64,000 bases of DNA, taken from the IMG/VR virus record IMGVR_UViG_3300024344_003081; one strand, written 5' to 3'. Shown in pieces: positions 9,735-20,270 of the stretch (positions within the stretch are counted from its first letter, which is position 1; each line of letters starts with the position of its first letter). Origin of the DNA: a virus (lineage: Duplodnaviria > Caudoviricetes). Under the pieces are notes generated by a model. It was not told the origin of the DNA, made no database searches, and saw nothing but the letters and a program-made list of their open reading frames with translations. The position numbers and the translations under genes are program-made.

Positions 9735-11011
9735 AATGGACTGGTGATCCCAATTGGAATTATATTTTTGATGGCAGATTCTATACAAAAGAAGATTTAA
9801 AATGGATGGGGGCTAGTGAATCTCCAGGAGAAATATTAAAAACTCCTGAGGATTGGGATGCTTCTATAAAAAAATTAAGTGAAAAAACGGATCGATATAC
9901 GTGTATATATGAACCAGTGAAATGGGAACGTAATGATGTATTAAAAAAAATTTATGAAAATATACATCCCGAAAATGCTTCAAATACATTTTATTGTAAT
10001 GGAGATTTGAGACTTGAACAAAATCATGAAAAATTATTAAAAACATATAATTTTGATTTTCGTATAAATGTATATACATTTCCATGGATACCTATACAAT
10101 CTTGGATATGGAGAGATAAAAAATATACAGAAAAAAGTGGAATGAAGGGATGTTTTGGAGATACGTATATAAAACATGCGAAATTAGATTATCATAAAAA
10201 GTATAAAATAGTTTGTCCAGTTAATCATCCAAAAATTAACAGAGTAATGACTTTAGGTAAATTTGCTCAACATCATGAATTTGCATATTCATTTAAAAAT
10301 ACTGATACTGTAAATATTGATGGTTCTTTTAATGATGATGAGTTTTGGTATTATTTAACTCATGACATAGAATGTAGAGATAAGAAAAAATGGTCTTGGT
10401 CTAAAGATGGTAATTATATTGAAGGAGATGATTTTGTATTACCGGTTGATCATGGTATTAAATTTCCTATAAATGATTTTGATATTAGCACACAAAAAAG
10501 TTTAACAGATATATTACAAGTCCCATCAGTTTGGCCCGAAGATTTACAAGAAAATGATTATCACAATTATTTTCCAACATTGGAATGGTTACAATCTCAT
10601 ATTGAACTAATACATGAAACTTATTGTGTTAATAGTGGTGTTTTTAGTGAAAAAACAGCTAAGGTAATCGGACTTCAAAAACCCTTTCTTACCATTGGTT
10701 GTCAAAATTGGTATAAGCATTTTAAATCTTTTGGATTTAAATTATATGATGAATTATTTGATTATACGTTTGATTCAATGCCTTCTTATAAAGATAGATG
10801 GGAAAATATTATGCAACAATGTGAAAATATTTTAGAAACTTCACATGATGAATTGAATGATAAAATAGAAAAAATACAACCAAAACTTGACCACAATAAA
10901 GAAGTAATGAAAAGTATTGGAAGATCATATATGAATAGAGTTGTTGATGCTTGGTTATTAGCTAATAGAATTCTATCACTTTCTTTTGGATTTGCAAATG
11001 ATAAAAAATGA
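9731..11011 (+). CDS. Hypothetical protein, possible GT-B-like C-terminus
   Basis: SEKT.K....KPFL..G...FGFKLYDELFDY.FD segment typical of a marine phage family. Confidence 0.55.
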   Translation: MKWTGDPNWNYIFDGRFYTKEDLKWMGASESPGEILKTPEDWDASIKKLSEKTDRYTCIYEPVKWERNDVLKKIYENIHPENASNTFYCNGDLRLEQNHEKLLKTYNFDFRINVYTFPWIPIQSWIWRDKKYTEKSGMKGCFGDTYIKHAKLDYHKKYKIVCPVNHPKINRVMTLGKFAQHHEFAYSFKNTDTVNIDGSFNDDEFWYYLTHDIECRDKKKWSWSKDGNYIEGDDFVLPVDHGIKFPINDFDISTQKSLTDILQVPSVWPEDLQENDYHNYFPTLEWLQSHIELIHETYCVNSGVFSEKTAKVIGLQKPFLTIGCQNWYKHFKSFGFKLYDELFDYTFDSMPSYKDRWENIMQQCENILETSHDELNDKIEKIQPKLDHNKEVMKSIGRSYMNRVVDAWLLANRILSLSFGFANDKK

Positions 11012-11978
11012 ATGGGATAAATTAAAAGAAGTTATTGTAGGAATTTCATATTCTAATTGTAATATAAATGGATTAGATAGAGTTATTGAAGAAACAAATG
11101 AAGATTTGGATGATCTAGAAAATATTTTTAAAGATTTAGGAGTAACTGTATATCGACCAAATCAACCAAAATTTTCTTTAGATGTACATCATCCAATAAT
11201 GCCTAGAGATATTTTAGGTTTTTTTGATGATGTAATTGTTAAAGCATATGGCGCAGTTTATTCACGTATTGAAGAACATAAATGTTATGAAGATATAATA
11301 AACGGACAATGTTTATTAGAAATGCCAGTTCCTAAAATAATTAAAACTGAGGAATATGAAATTGTACAAAATCATACGAATAAAATAAAAATGCAACAAC
11401 GATATGATAAATATGAAGATGAAGTGCTTTTTGAAACTGCGAATATTTTGAAATGTAATGATATGTTATTACATACACAGACCGCCAGTAAAGATACTGC
11501 AAATGGTAAAGGAACAGAAAAAGGATTAAACTGGTTGAAATCAAAATTTCCTGAAAAACAATGGGTGGAAATTCCTGCAGGAGGACATGCAGATGGAAAA
11601 TTAGCATTATTAAGAGAAGGTCTATTGTTGACTTGGAGAGAAGATTATATTCCTGATGAGTTGAAACATTGGGATAAAATAATAGTTCAGGATAATGCAG
11701 AGTTTCCTAAAGAATTTGTTGAGCAAAGAAAAAAACAATATTATACAGAATATGTAATGAAATATCTTTCTGATTGGGTTGGGTATGCAAGTGAAACTTG
11801 GTTTGATGTTAATTGTATTTCAGTAGATCCTAATACGATTATTACTGTAGGTAAAAATAAAGAAAATATTAAACAACTTGAAAAATATGATATTAATGTA
11901 GTTGTATGGAATTATAGACATCGTTATTTTTGGGATGGAGGGGCTCATTGTTGTACTCAGGACATATCAAGAATATAG
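10998..11978 (+). CDS. Amidinotransferase (glycine/inosamine-phosphate amidinotransferase family)
   Basis: NEWDKLKEVIVG, PRD, FETAN, HAD, GGAHCCT catalytic Cys; ATG 10998. Confidence 0.9.
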   Translation: MIKNEWDKLKEVIVGISYSNCNINGLDRVIEETNEDLDDLENIFKDLGVTVYRPNQPKFSLDVHHPIMPRDILGFFDDVIVKAYGAVYSRIEEHKCYEDIINGQCLLEMPVPKIIKTEEYEIVQNHTNKIKMQQRYDKYEDEVLFETANILKCNDMLLHTQTASKDTANGKGTEKGLNWLKSKFPEKQWVEIPAGGHADGKLALLREGLLLTWREDYIPDELKHWDKIIVQDNAEFPKEFVEQRKKQYYTEYVMKYLSDWVGYASETWFDVNCISVDPNTIITVGKNKENIKQLEKYDINVVVWNYRHRYFWDGGAHCCTQDISRI

Positions 11979-11985
11979 CAGGAAG

Positions 11986-11992
11986 ATAAATA
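11986..11992 (+). promoter_or_regulatory. Candidate T4-type late promoter (ATAAATA)
   Basis: Lies in one of the very few intergenic gaps of the cluster, 38 nt before ATG 12031; motif is common by chance in AT-rich DNA. Confidence 0.45.
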
Positions 11993-12030
11993 GTTAAAAA
12001 TAATTAAGAACAATCTCAGAGGAACAAATT

Positions 12031-12630
12031 ATGTATATAACAAACAATAAAATTACAACAGATTTGGATCTATCTTCTTCTATAGAACTATTAAATAAAA
12101 TAAAATTTGCTCTTTTTTCTTCAGATGAAAGTTTGTTAAATTTTGATCTTTCTAATGCATTGAATTATGAACTTCCTAGATTGTATGTTATGGAAAGTAA
12201 TAATATTATGAATTTTATTGAATTTTATAAATCTGAACCAGATATAGATACAAAGAATTCATTAAAATCCTATTGTGCCCAACATCTTACTTGGACAAAT
12301 ACTTTATTTCATGTAACTGTATCTGATGCATTAGTAACTACAATTAACAAAGTTTTTACTAATTTTACAACAGCAATGGGTAGTGATGTAGATGAAAGAA
12401 TTGAATCTGCTACTGGTAGTCCATTATATGATGCAACAACTACAATAGGAACAAATTTGGACTCTGTTGATTTGACTAATATTGATTCAGAGACAGCTAA
12501 AACTTCATGGACGGAAAAAGAATTAAAAGATTTGGGAATTTTTATGTTACAAGCATCAGGAAGTATTCCATATGATTTAATTAAAGATGATGTATTGGTT
12601 GTTTTAAGTGATTCACCTACAAGTTTATAG
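12031..12630 (+). CDS. Hypothetical Thr/Ser/Asp-rich protein
   Basis: AGAGGA RBS, own intergenic region, composition unlike the flanking enzymes. Confidence 0.7.
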   Translation: MYITNNKITTDLDLSSSIELLNKIKFALFSSDESLLNFDLSNALNYELPRLYVMESNNIMNFIEFYKSEPDIDTKNSLKSYCAQHLTWTNTLFHVTVSDALVTTINKVFTNFTTAMGSDVDERIESATGSPLYDATTTIGTNLDSVDLTNIDSETAKTSWTEKELKDLGIFMLQASGSIPYDLIKDDVLVVLSDSPTSL

Positions 12631-12653
12631 ATTTTTTAAAAATATATTATTTA

Positions 12654-14084
12654 ATGATTGATAAAGATCCTGAAAATCTTCCCTCATCTACTTTTTGTGC
12701 ATTACCGTGGATGCACATTTCTACTCGCCCCAATGGACATATGCGTGTATGTTGTACTGCAAATGCATCCGCAGTACAAGATAAAGATTCAACAAATAAA
12801 ACAATTTCAGAAGCAGGTGTTCTTAGGAGAGATGATGGAAAGCCTGCCAATTTAGCAACAACAAGTTTACTAGATGCATGGAATAATGAATATATGAAAT
12901 CCGTGCGAAAGATGATGCTTAGAGGTGAACGTCCTGCATCTTGTCTAAAATGTTTTAAGGAGGAAGATGCTGGACATAGATCAAAACGACAATGGGAAAC
13001 AGCAAAATGGGTTAACGAAATTGGACTTGAAGAAATTATTGATGAAACCACAGTTGAAGGAGCCGTTCCACCTAAAGTACGGTATATTGATCTTCGGCTT
13101 GGTAGTAAGTGTCAGCTTGCATGTGTTATGTGTAGTCCTCATGATTCATCTAAGTGGGTAAAAGAGTATAAAGAAATATATCCAGAAATAAAAAATCCTA
13201 GATTAAAAGATTCGCAATTATGGGAAAAGGAATCTGGAAAATTAGCTTGGTCTGGTGGATCATATGCTTGGCATAAATCAAATCCCAATTTCTGGGAAGA
13301 ATTTTATACTCAAGTGCCAACTCTTAAACAATTATATTGGGCTGGCGGTGAATCATTAATTATGAAAGAACATTATGAAGTTCTTGAAAAAATTATTGAG
13401 ATGGGTTATGCTAAAGATATTGAAGTTAGATATAATTCGAATGGACTTGAATGGGATTCTAATTTGTTTGATCTTTGGAAAGAATATAAGAATGTTATTT
13501 TTCATTTTAGTGTAGATTCATATAAAGAAAAAAATCATTTCATTAGATATCCTTCTCGTTGGAAAAGAATTGTAAAACAAATGCATGTGTTAGATGATTA
13601 TCCTCATGGTAATCTTAGATTGACAACAGCAACTACAATTACTGCTCTCAATATTTTTTATCTTCCAGAATTTATAAGTTGGAAATTAGAAGAAGATTGG
13701 AAATTACTTAATAAATTTCCTGCTGGTGCTGGTATGATTGATTTGCATCTTGCATATTGGCCCCCCCAATTAAATTGTAAGGTATTACCTAAATGGTTTA
13801 AACGAGATGTAACTGATAAATTCGAAGAGTTTTATCCATGGCTTGAAGAGAATTGGAAAAAATGTAATGGAGTTGAGGTCGAAAATATCGACTTCAAAGA
13901 GTGGAGAGAATTGCCGTATGGTATAAAAAGACTTGAGGGCCTTGTGTCTTTTATGAACTCTGAAGATTGGTCTGAAAGATTGCCCGAAACTGCTGAATGG
14001 TGTTTTACTATTGCAAAGACAAGAAACTTAGATTTTATAAAAATATTTCCTGATTTAGAATGGCTGGAGTGGTATGCAAATTGA
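12654..14084 (+). CDS. Radical SAM protein with N-terminal twitch/SPASM domain
   Basis: CALPW...VCC...CLKC; CQLACVMC; AGGE; YNSNG. Confidence 0.92.
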   Translation: MIDKDPENLPSSTFCALPWMHISTRPNGHMRVCCTANASAVQDKDSTNKTISEAGVLRRDDGKPANLATTSLLDAWNNEYMKSVRKMMLRGERPASCLKCFKEEDAGHRSKRQWETAKWVNEIGLEEIIDETTVEGAVPPKVRYIDLRLGSKCQLACVMCSPHDSSKWVKEYKEIYPEIKNPRLKDSQLWEKESGKLAWSGGSYAWHKSNPNFWEEFYTQVPTLKQLYWAGGESLIMKEHYEVLEKIIEMGYAKDIEVRYNSNGLEWDSNLFDLWKEYKNVIFHFSVDSYKEKNHFIRYPSRWKRIVKQMHVLDDYPHGNLRLTTATTITALNIFYLPEFISWKLEEDWKLLNKFPAGAGMIDLHLAYWPPQLNCKVLPKWFKRDVTDKFEEFYPWLEENWKKCNGVEVENIDFKEWRELPYGIKRLEGLVSFMNSEDWSERLPETAEWCFTIAKTRNLDFIKIFPDLEWLEWYAN

Positions 14085-14826
14085 AATTCCCAAAACAATA
14101 CGTAGATTGAAACAAAAATTCATTGAAGAACTTTATTCAAAATATGAGGGCGAAGATGTTTGGAAAAATCTAAGACATTATAAAGACAAATGTTATGAAG
14201 AAAAGTTTGTAAATACTATAGGTATTTGGATGTCGGGTGGAGCAGATAGTTCAATGTTAGCATATTTACTTGCTAAAAAAATTAAAGAAGAAAATTTAAA
14301 TATAAAAATTCAACCTTTGTCTGTTAGAAGAGGAAGACCTAATAATCCAATATATGCTGGAAATGTTATAGATTGGATTGAAGAAGAATTAAATATTAAA
14401 ATGAATGATCATATCATATATTTTCCAGATATTACAGATAAGCATCAACGAGAAATAAAAGAATTTTGGGATAGAGATGATGAAAATTTTAGAAATGATT
14501 TATTTCAAATTCTTTATTCTGGAATAACGTGTAATCCTCCTGTTAATGATAAAACTATTCCTTTAAATAAAGAACGTAGTAGAGATGAAAATGCGGATAG
14601 ACCTTTAATATCAGAAAATGGAATTCGTTATTATTTAAATCCTTTTTTTGATATAAACAAAAAACAATTAGCAGAATTATATAAAGAAAATAATTTATTA
14701 AATACTCTTTTTTCTCAAACTTATAGTTGTGAGGGAGAGGCCGAAGACACTAAAACACATACTCAGCATTGTGAAAAATGTTGGTGGTGTCAAGAAAGAT
14801 TTTGGGCGTTTGGAAGATATGTATAA
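14074..14826 (+). CDS. QueC-like PP-loop ATPase
   Basis: SGGADS PP-loop; TYSC...HCEKCWWCQER Zn-binding motif. Confidence 0.7.
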   Translation: MQIEIPKTIRRLKQKFIEELYSKYEGEDVWKNLRHYKDKCYEEKFVNTIGIWMSGGADSSMLAYLLAKKIKEENLNIKIQPLSVRRGRPNNPIYAGNVIDWIEEELNIKMNDHIIYFPDITDKHQREIKEFWDRDDENFRNDLFQILYSGITCNPPVNDKTIPLNKERSRDENADRPLISENGIRYYLNPFFDINKKQLAELYKENNLLNTLFSQTYSCEGEAEDTKTHTQHCEKCWWCQERFWAFGRYV

Positions 14827-15955
14827 TATTGAAGATCAATCAAATCGATATCAAATAATATGGGATCTTGGAAGAAGATGTTCATATGCATGTTCCTATT
14901 GTCCGCCTCATAGAAATAATAAAACATCCTCGTTTGTAAATTATAAAACATTATGTAAGTCTATGGATAATGTTGCAGAATATGCGTTGCTTTATGATAC
15001 ATTTAGAAAAAAACCTGCTAAGAAAAAATTGAGCTTTACTGGTGGTGAACCAACAGTACACCCTGATTTTTTTAGATTTTTAAAATATGTAAAAAAAGAA
15101 TATCCTGATTTTAGTCGAGGATTGACAACTAATGGATGGTTTGGTAATAATATTTTAGATAAAGTTTTATCATTGACTACGGGAGGAACATTATCTTATC
15201 ATTGTGAAGCAACAAAGAAACAAAAACAACAAGTAATATCAAATGCAATATATTTAAGACAAAAATATAAAGTTAATGTGATGTTTCATAAAGATTATTT
15301 TGAAGAATGTATAGATGTATGTGAAAAATTAGAAAAAAATAGTGTAGATTATGTACCAAGAATTATAGGAGATGATAATCCTAACGATAAAAAGTCTATA
15401 ATATTGGGTTATACACATAAGTATAATAAAGATCAAATGAAATGGTTTCGTAACTATTGGAAACAAAGGGGACAAAATGTCTCAGAAAAAGGAAACACTC
15501 AAAAAGGACTGGGAAGACCGTGTTGTGGAGGAAGGTGTTTCAAGGCAGACGGTGTGGATACTTATTTTTTGCCTGACACTAATTTTTTGGGGTGGAATTG
15601 CATGGTTAATTGGTACTTTCTTTTTTTAAATTCTGAATTAGATGCAGTTTATACACATCAAACTTGTGGAGTTAATTTAAATGGTGAAGTTGCTCCTTTA
15701 GGAAAAATATCAGAGTTTGATAAAATCATAGATGACTTAGCAGATAATATGTATCAAAAAAAGGTACCTATGATTACTTGCCCAAAAACTTTTTGTGGAT
15801 GCGGTATGTGCATTACAAAATCTAAAGACTCTATAGATGAAATGTTTAATCGACACGTAATTGATGAGTTAAATTATGAAAAAGTATCTCAAAAAACAAG
15901 TGATTGGAATACAGATTTAACAGTTAAAAAATTATTTGAAAATAATGTGTTATGA
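14819..15955 (+). CDS. Radical SAM protein
   Basis: WDLGRRCSYACSYC, TGGEPTVHP, TTNG; ATG 14819. Confidence 0.9.
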   Translation: MYNIEDQSNRYQIIWDLGRRCSYACSYCPPHRNNKTSSFVNYKTLCKSMDNVAEYALLYDTFRKKPAKKKLSFTGGEPTVHPDFFRFLKYVKKEYPDFSRGLTTNGWFGNNILDKVLSLTTGGTLSYHCEATKKQKQQVISNAIYLRQKYKVNVMFHKDYFEECIDVCEKLEKNSVDYVPRIIGDDNPNDKKSIILGYTHKYNKDQMKWFRNYWKQRGQNVSEKGNTQKGLGRPCCGGRCFKADGVDTYFLPDTNFLGWNCMVNWYFLFLNSELDAVYTHQTCGVNLNGEVAPLGKISEFDKIIDDLADNMYQKKVPMITCPKTFCGCGMCITKSKDSIDEMFNRHVIDELNYEKVSQKTSDWNTDLTVKKLFENNVL

Positions 15956-17040
15956 AACATTTTTGCATGGCTCCTTTTGTACACATTCAAAGAAATTCTT
16001 TTGGTGAATTTAATCCTTGTTGTATGTTTAGTGATAGAATTTATTCTGAATATAATTCTATATACGAAGCATTCAATAGTGGAGAGAATAATAATCTTAG
16101 ACAAAGAATGTTAAATGATGAAAAAATAGAAGGATGTAATAAATGTTATAGAGATGAGTCTTTGGGAAAACACAGTTATAGACAACGTTTTAATGAAAGA
16201 TATAAACAAGAATATATTGATAATCCAAAAATAAAAGAATTAGAATTAGCATTAAGTAATAAATGTAATTATAAATGTGTAGACTGTAATACGAAATTTA
16301 GTTCTTCTTGGTATGAAGATGATCTGTTATTAGAAAGAACTCACTATACTTTTAAAGGACGAGATGTAAAAAATACAATTCATGAAGAAGATTTTAAAAT
16401 CATGGATTTGAATGAAATAAAAATTTTAGGGGGCGAGCCATTTTTAGATAAAAGATATATTGATGTTTTTAAAAAAATAGATGCTGAAAATATTAAGTTG
16501 TTTCTTGTTACAAATAATTCTGTTTTCCCTAATAAAGAATGGATAGAACAATTAAAAAGATTTAAACATATTAATTTTAATATTAGTATTGATGGTGTTC
16601 ATGAAGTTGCAGAATTTGTAAGATATGGAACTAAATTTATAAAATTTGAAAAAAATTATAAAAAATGGTTGGATTTAAATTTTCATAATATAGACATAAT
16701 TCCTCATTTTGTTTTTCATTCTTTAAATGTTTTAAACTTTGATCAGACGATAGATTGGTTAATTGATGTTTATGATTCAGATATAGAAACAATATTAAAT
16801 TATATTTCCTATGATTTTTTATCAATGCCTGAAATGTTAAATTGTTCATTTTTAACGGATGAATGTAAAAATATGATTGTTGATAATAGTGTTTATTTTA
16901 AAAATGAATTAGAAAATTTTCTTGAAAGCAATTCATATAATTCGACATATATTGATGAATTGAAAAAATTTGTTTCTTTTTTGAATTTAAGAAGTGAAAT
17001 ACCCAATCAATCTTTTCAAGTTATATCATGTTTAAAATAA
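15952..17040 (+). CDS. Radical SAM protein with N-terminal twitch/SPASM domain
   Basis: CMAPF..PCC..CNKC; CNYKCVDC; GGEPF; SIDG. Confidence 0.9.
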   Translation: MKHFCMAPFVHIQRNSFGEFNPCCMFSDRIYSEYNSIYEAFNSGENNNLRQRMLNDEKIEGCNKCYRDESLGKHSYRQRFNERYKQEYIDNPKIKELELALSNKCNYKCVDCNTKFSSSWYEDDLLLERTHYTFKGRDVKNTIHEEDFKIMDLNEIKILGGEPFLDKRYIDVFKKIDAENIKLFLVTNNSVFPNKEWIEQLKRFKHINFNISIDGVHEVAEFVRYGTKFIKFEKNYKKWLDLNFHNIDIIPHFVFHSLNVLNFDQTIDWLIDVYDSDIETILNYISYDFLSMPEMLNCSFLTDECKNMIVDNSVYFKNELENFLESNSYNSTYIDELKKFVSFLNLRSEIPNQSFQVISCLK

Positions 17041-18014
17041 ATGTTATAGAAATAGAATTGTCATCTCTTTGTAACGCAAAATGTTCTGCATGTATGCGTA
17101 CTATATTAGATGAACGTGGAAAATATTATTTAAAAGATAATTTGCCTTTGAATGAAATTGAATCGTGGTTTAATGACATAGATTTATCAAATACTAAAAT
17201 AAAAATGTGTGGAGTATTGGGTGATCCAATGATTAATCCGGAATTGCATGATATTGTTTTTTATTTTTTATATGAAAAACATGTAAGAGATATTGAAATG
17301 TCTACGAATGGTGGTACTCGTACACTTGATTTCTGGAAAGAATTGGGTATGTTATCAAAAAATTCGAATAAAAGATTTTATGTTCATTGGGCTATTGATG
17401 GAGTTACAAAAAATGACTATAGAGAAAACGTTGTACTCGATAGAGTATGGAATAATATTAATGCTTACCATTCTACTGGCGGCCATAGTATCTGGCAGTA
17501 TATCATTTTTGATTATAATGAAGACGAAGTTGAAATGGCCAGAGAAAAAGCAAAAGAAAATGGAATGAAATTTGCAACTCGTAAAAGTTGGAGAAATAAT
17601 TCAGATTTTGCTAAAGTTAAATCTAGGGCCGCTAAAGAAATTGATGCTGAAAAGTATGAAGAAGTTGAAAAACGAGCATATGAGAAATCATATGAAGATG
17701 CAAAAATTGTATGTAGACATAAAGTAAAAGGAGAAATATACATTGGTGCAAATAGAAGATTGTGGCCTTGTTGTCATTTATATGATGAAGATGTTGCTCA
17801 AAAAAATAATTCTATGAAACATTTATTTGAGTCTGTGGGACACAATTTTAATGATTTAAATAAACATAGTATAAAAGATATTTTATCTGGTGAGTGGTAT
17901 AAAAAGACTTTAGAAGATAGTTGGAATAAATTTCATCCTATGCATTTGCCTAGATGTTATTTGACATGTGGAGATGAAGGAAAACGAGCGGTTATTAAAA
18001 ATGTGGAAAACTAA
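17028..18014 (+). CDS. Radical SAM protein with C-terminal SPASM
   Basis: CNAKCSAC, CGVLGDP, TNGG, PCC...C..C. Confidence 0.9.
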   Translation: MFKINVIEIELSSLCNAKCSACMRTILDERGKYYLKDNLPLNEIESWFNDIDLSNTKIKMCGVLGDPMINPELHDIVFYFLYEKHVRDIEMSTNGGTRTLDFWKELGMLSKNSNKRFYVHWAIDGVTKNDYRENVVLDRVWNNINAYHSTGGHSIWQYIIFDYNEDEVEMAREKAKENGMKFATRKSWRNNSDFAKVKSRAAKEIDAEKYEEVEKRAYEKSYEDAKIVCRHKVKGEIYIGANRRLWPCCHLYDEDVAQKNNSMKHLFESVGHNFNDLNKHSIKDILSGEWYKKTLEDSWNKFHPMHLPRCYLTCGDEGKRAVIKNVEN

Positions 18015-18930
18015 AACAGTAGAATGGATCGATGTTGAATTAACATCATTTTGTAATATAGCATGTCCTGGTTGTTTGAGACAAGAAAAAAGAAAACAAG
18101 TAGATCATATTTTAGATAAAGATATGATACAATTTTCTGATTTGCAAAAATGGATCAAAAAAGAAGATTTCCCTAATTTAAAATTGCTTAATTTTTGTGG
18201 ATCTGTAGATGAGCCCACAACACATCCTGAATTATTAGATATAGTAGAATATTTTTTAACATTTACAGAGATAAATATTGCATCCAATGGATCGACTAAG
18301 ACAAAAGATTTTTGGAAAAAATTAGGAGAATATGGTGTATCTGTATTTTTTGGTATTGATGGTATAGATCAGAAATCGTTAGAGAAATATAGAATAGGTT
18401 CTAGTTTTAAAAAAATACAGGAAAATTATAGAGCATTTATTAAAGCGGGGGGTAATGCTACTTGGCAATTTATAGTATTTGAACATAATGAACATCTTTT
18501 GGAAGATGCAAAAGCTCTTTCAGAAAAAGAAGGATTTACAAATTTTAGAACAATATTTTCTCATAGAAAAGGAAGTGGAGAGATTGAAAAAAAGACAGTT
18601 GAAGAACAAGAGATATATTGTAAGTATGGACATCAAAAAAGACTTTTTATAAATCATACAGGAGCTTTGATACCATGTTGTTATTTAAACTCTGAAGCAC
18701 TTGAATTACATGCTAATGAAACTATTAAAACTAAATTTGGGACAAAATATATGGAATTAGATGGAGTGTTATCAAATAATCTTAAATATAATACAGTATC
18801 GGAAGTATTGAATGGAGAATTATTTAAATATATTATTGAATCTTGGAATGATGATCCAGTTGAAAAGTGTTGGCAAACATGTAAACAGAAAAAAAGAGAT
18901 ATTTTTATAGATGAGAAAGTAACATGCTGA
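18001..18930 (+). CDS. Radical SAM protein with C-terminal SPASM
   Basis: CNIACPGC, CGSVDEP, SNGS, PCC...CWQTC; ATG 18001. Confidence 0.9.
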   Translation: MWKTKTVEWIDVELTSFCNIACPGCLRQEKRKQVDHILDKDMIQFSDLQKWIKKEDFPNLKLLNFCGSVDEPTTHPELLDIVEYFLTFTEINIASNGSTKTKDFWKKLGEYGVSVFFGIDGIDQKSLEKYRIGSSFKKIQENYRAFIKAGGNATWQFIVFEHNEHLLEDAKALSEKEGFTNFRTIFSHRKGSGEIEKKTVEEQEIYCKYGHQKRLFINHTGALIPCCYLNSEALELHANETIKTKFGTKYMELDGVLSNNLKYNTVSEVLNGELFKYIIESWNDDPVEKCWQTCKQKKRDIFIDEKVTC

Positions 18931-20270
18931 CTTGTTTTTACGCCCTTGGTGGAATTAATTATAAAAATGGAGTTATAACAACTTGTCCAAGACAAGCAAA
19001 TCAATTAGTATTTGCTCATGAAACAATATTGCCCTCAGAAATATTTAATCATAAAAATTTTAAAGAACTTAGAAAATCATTATATCAAAATAAATGGCCT
19101 AGTGGATGTGATACATGTGAGAATATGGAACAGGTAGGAGCAAAGTCTATGAGAAAAGATTATGTTTTAAATTCTGATAATTTTTTTCATAAGCCACAAA
19201 AAGACGATTATTCGGACGGAGATCCACAAAAAAATAAATTAAAAGATGAAAAAACAGAAATAAGATTATATGATTGTTATAATCCTATAACACATGAAGT
19301 AAATAGAAAAGGATTGCGACATGTTGAGTTTAGATTTAGTACGGCTTGTAATTTTTCTTGTTTACATTGTTCAAAAGTTTATTCCTCGGGATGGACTAAA
19401 AAATTACGTAATTATGAACCCGATCAAGAAGTTATACTAAATGATTTAAGACAATTGTTAGGAACAGAACATAGACATGGCCCAAATGATAGAAATGAAA
19501 TGTCTTTATCTATTGAAGAATCTTTAAAAATTGTAGAAGACCTGAATGAAAATTTTCCATTATTACAATATGTGGATTTTGCAGGAGGAGAATTACTATA
19601 TCAAAAGCAATTTTTTCCCACATTGAAAAAATTAGCAGATCATCCTAATGCAAAAAATATAAAAATATCTTTTCATACAAATTTTAATGCTGATTTTGAT
19701 GTTGCACTTTTGTCTAAACATCTGGAATGTTTTGGCTCTTCAGCAATAATAATATCTGTTGATGCGGGTAAAACATTTTATTCTTATTTTAGAAATGGGG
19801 GTGAATGGGACAAATTGAAAAATAATATTCAAGAATTTAAAAAAATAAATGATTTTACTTGGGTTGATATGAGTTGTACAACTTCAATTTATCAAATGTT
19901 GGATATATATGATGTTTTTGATTCGTTTTATGATTTGAATTTAAACTTTGATGCATCTATAGTTCAAACTCCACAATATTTGGATCCGTCATTAATACTT
20001 TATGATTTTTATGATGAGACTATGAAAGATATTGAAAAAACATATGAGTTAATTGAAAAAAGACAAAAAAATCCTGAAGGAAAAAGTGATTATTCAAAAT
20101 ATTGGTTTAATTATATTGTGGATTATGTAAAGCAAACGAAAATAAGTTATAATAATTTTAATAGATTTTTAATATATCGAAAAAAATCAGATGAGATTTG
20201 GAATCAAGATTTTAATGATTATTTTGAAAATTATCAAATCGAAAATAATGAATTAGTGAGAGTTAAGTGA
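18924..20270 (+). CDS. Radical SAM protein with N-terminal twitch/SPASM domain
   Basis: CFY..C..CDTC; CNFSCLHC; AGGE; HTN. Confidence 0.9.
   Translation: MLTCFYALGGINYKNGVITTCPRQANQLVFAHETILPSEIFNHKNFKELRKSLYQNKWPSGCDTCENMEQVGAKSMRKDYVLNSDNFFHKPQKDDYSDGDPQKNKLKDEKTEIRLYDCYNPITHEVNRKGLRHVEFRFSTACNFSCLHCSKVYSSGWTKKLRNYEPDQEVILNDLRQLLGTEHRHGPNDRNEMSLSIEESLKIVEDLNENFPLLQYVDFAGGELLYQKQFFPTLKKLADHPNAKNIKISFHTNFNADFDVALLSKHLECFGSSAIIISVDAGKTFYSYFRNGGEWDKLKNNIQEFKKINDFTWVDMSCTTSIYQMLDIYDVFDSFYDLNLNFDASIVQTPQYLDPSLILYDFYDETMKDIEKTYELIEKRQKNPEGKSDYSKYWFNYIVDYVKQTKISYNNFNRFLIYRKKSDEIWNQDFNDYFENYQIENNELVRVK

Noticed and set aside
14074-15955. Complete 7-deazaguanine DNA-modification pathway
   Set aside because: Only a QueC-like gene is visible; no folE, queD or dpdA recognised, and the adjacent radical SAM cannot be called QueE.
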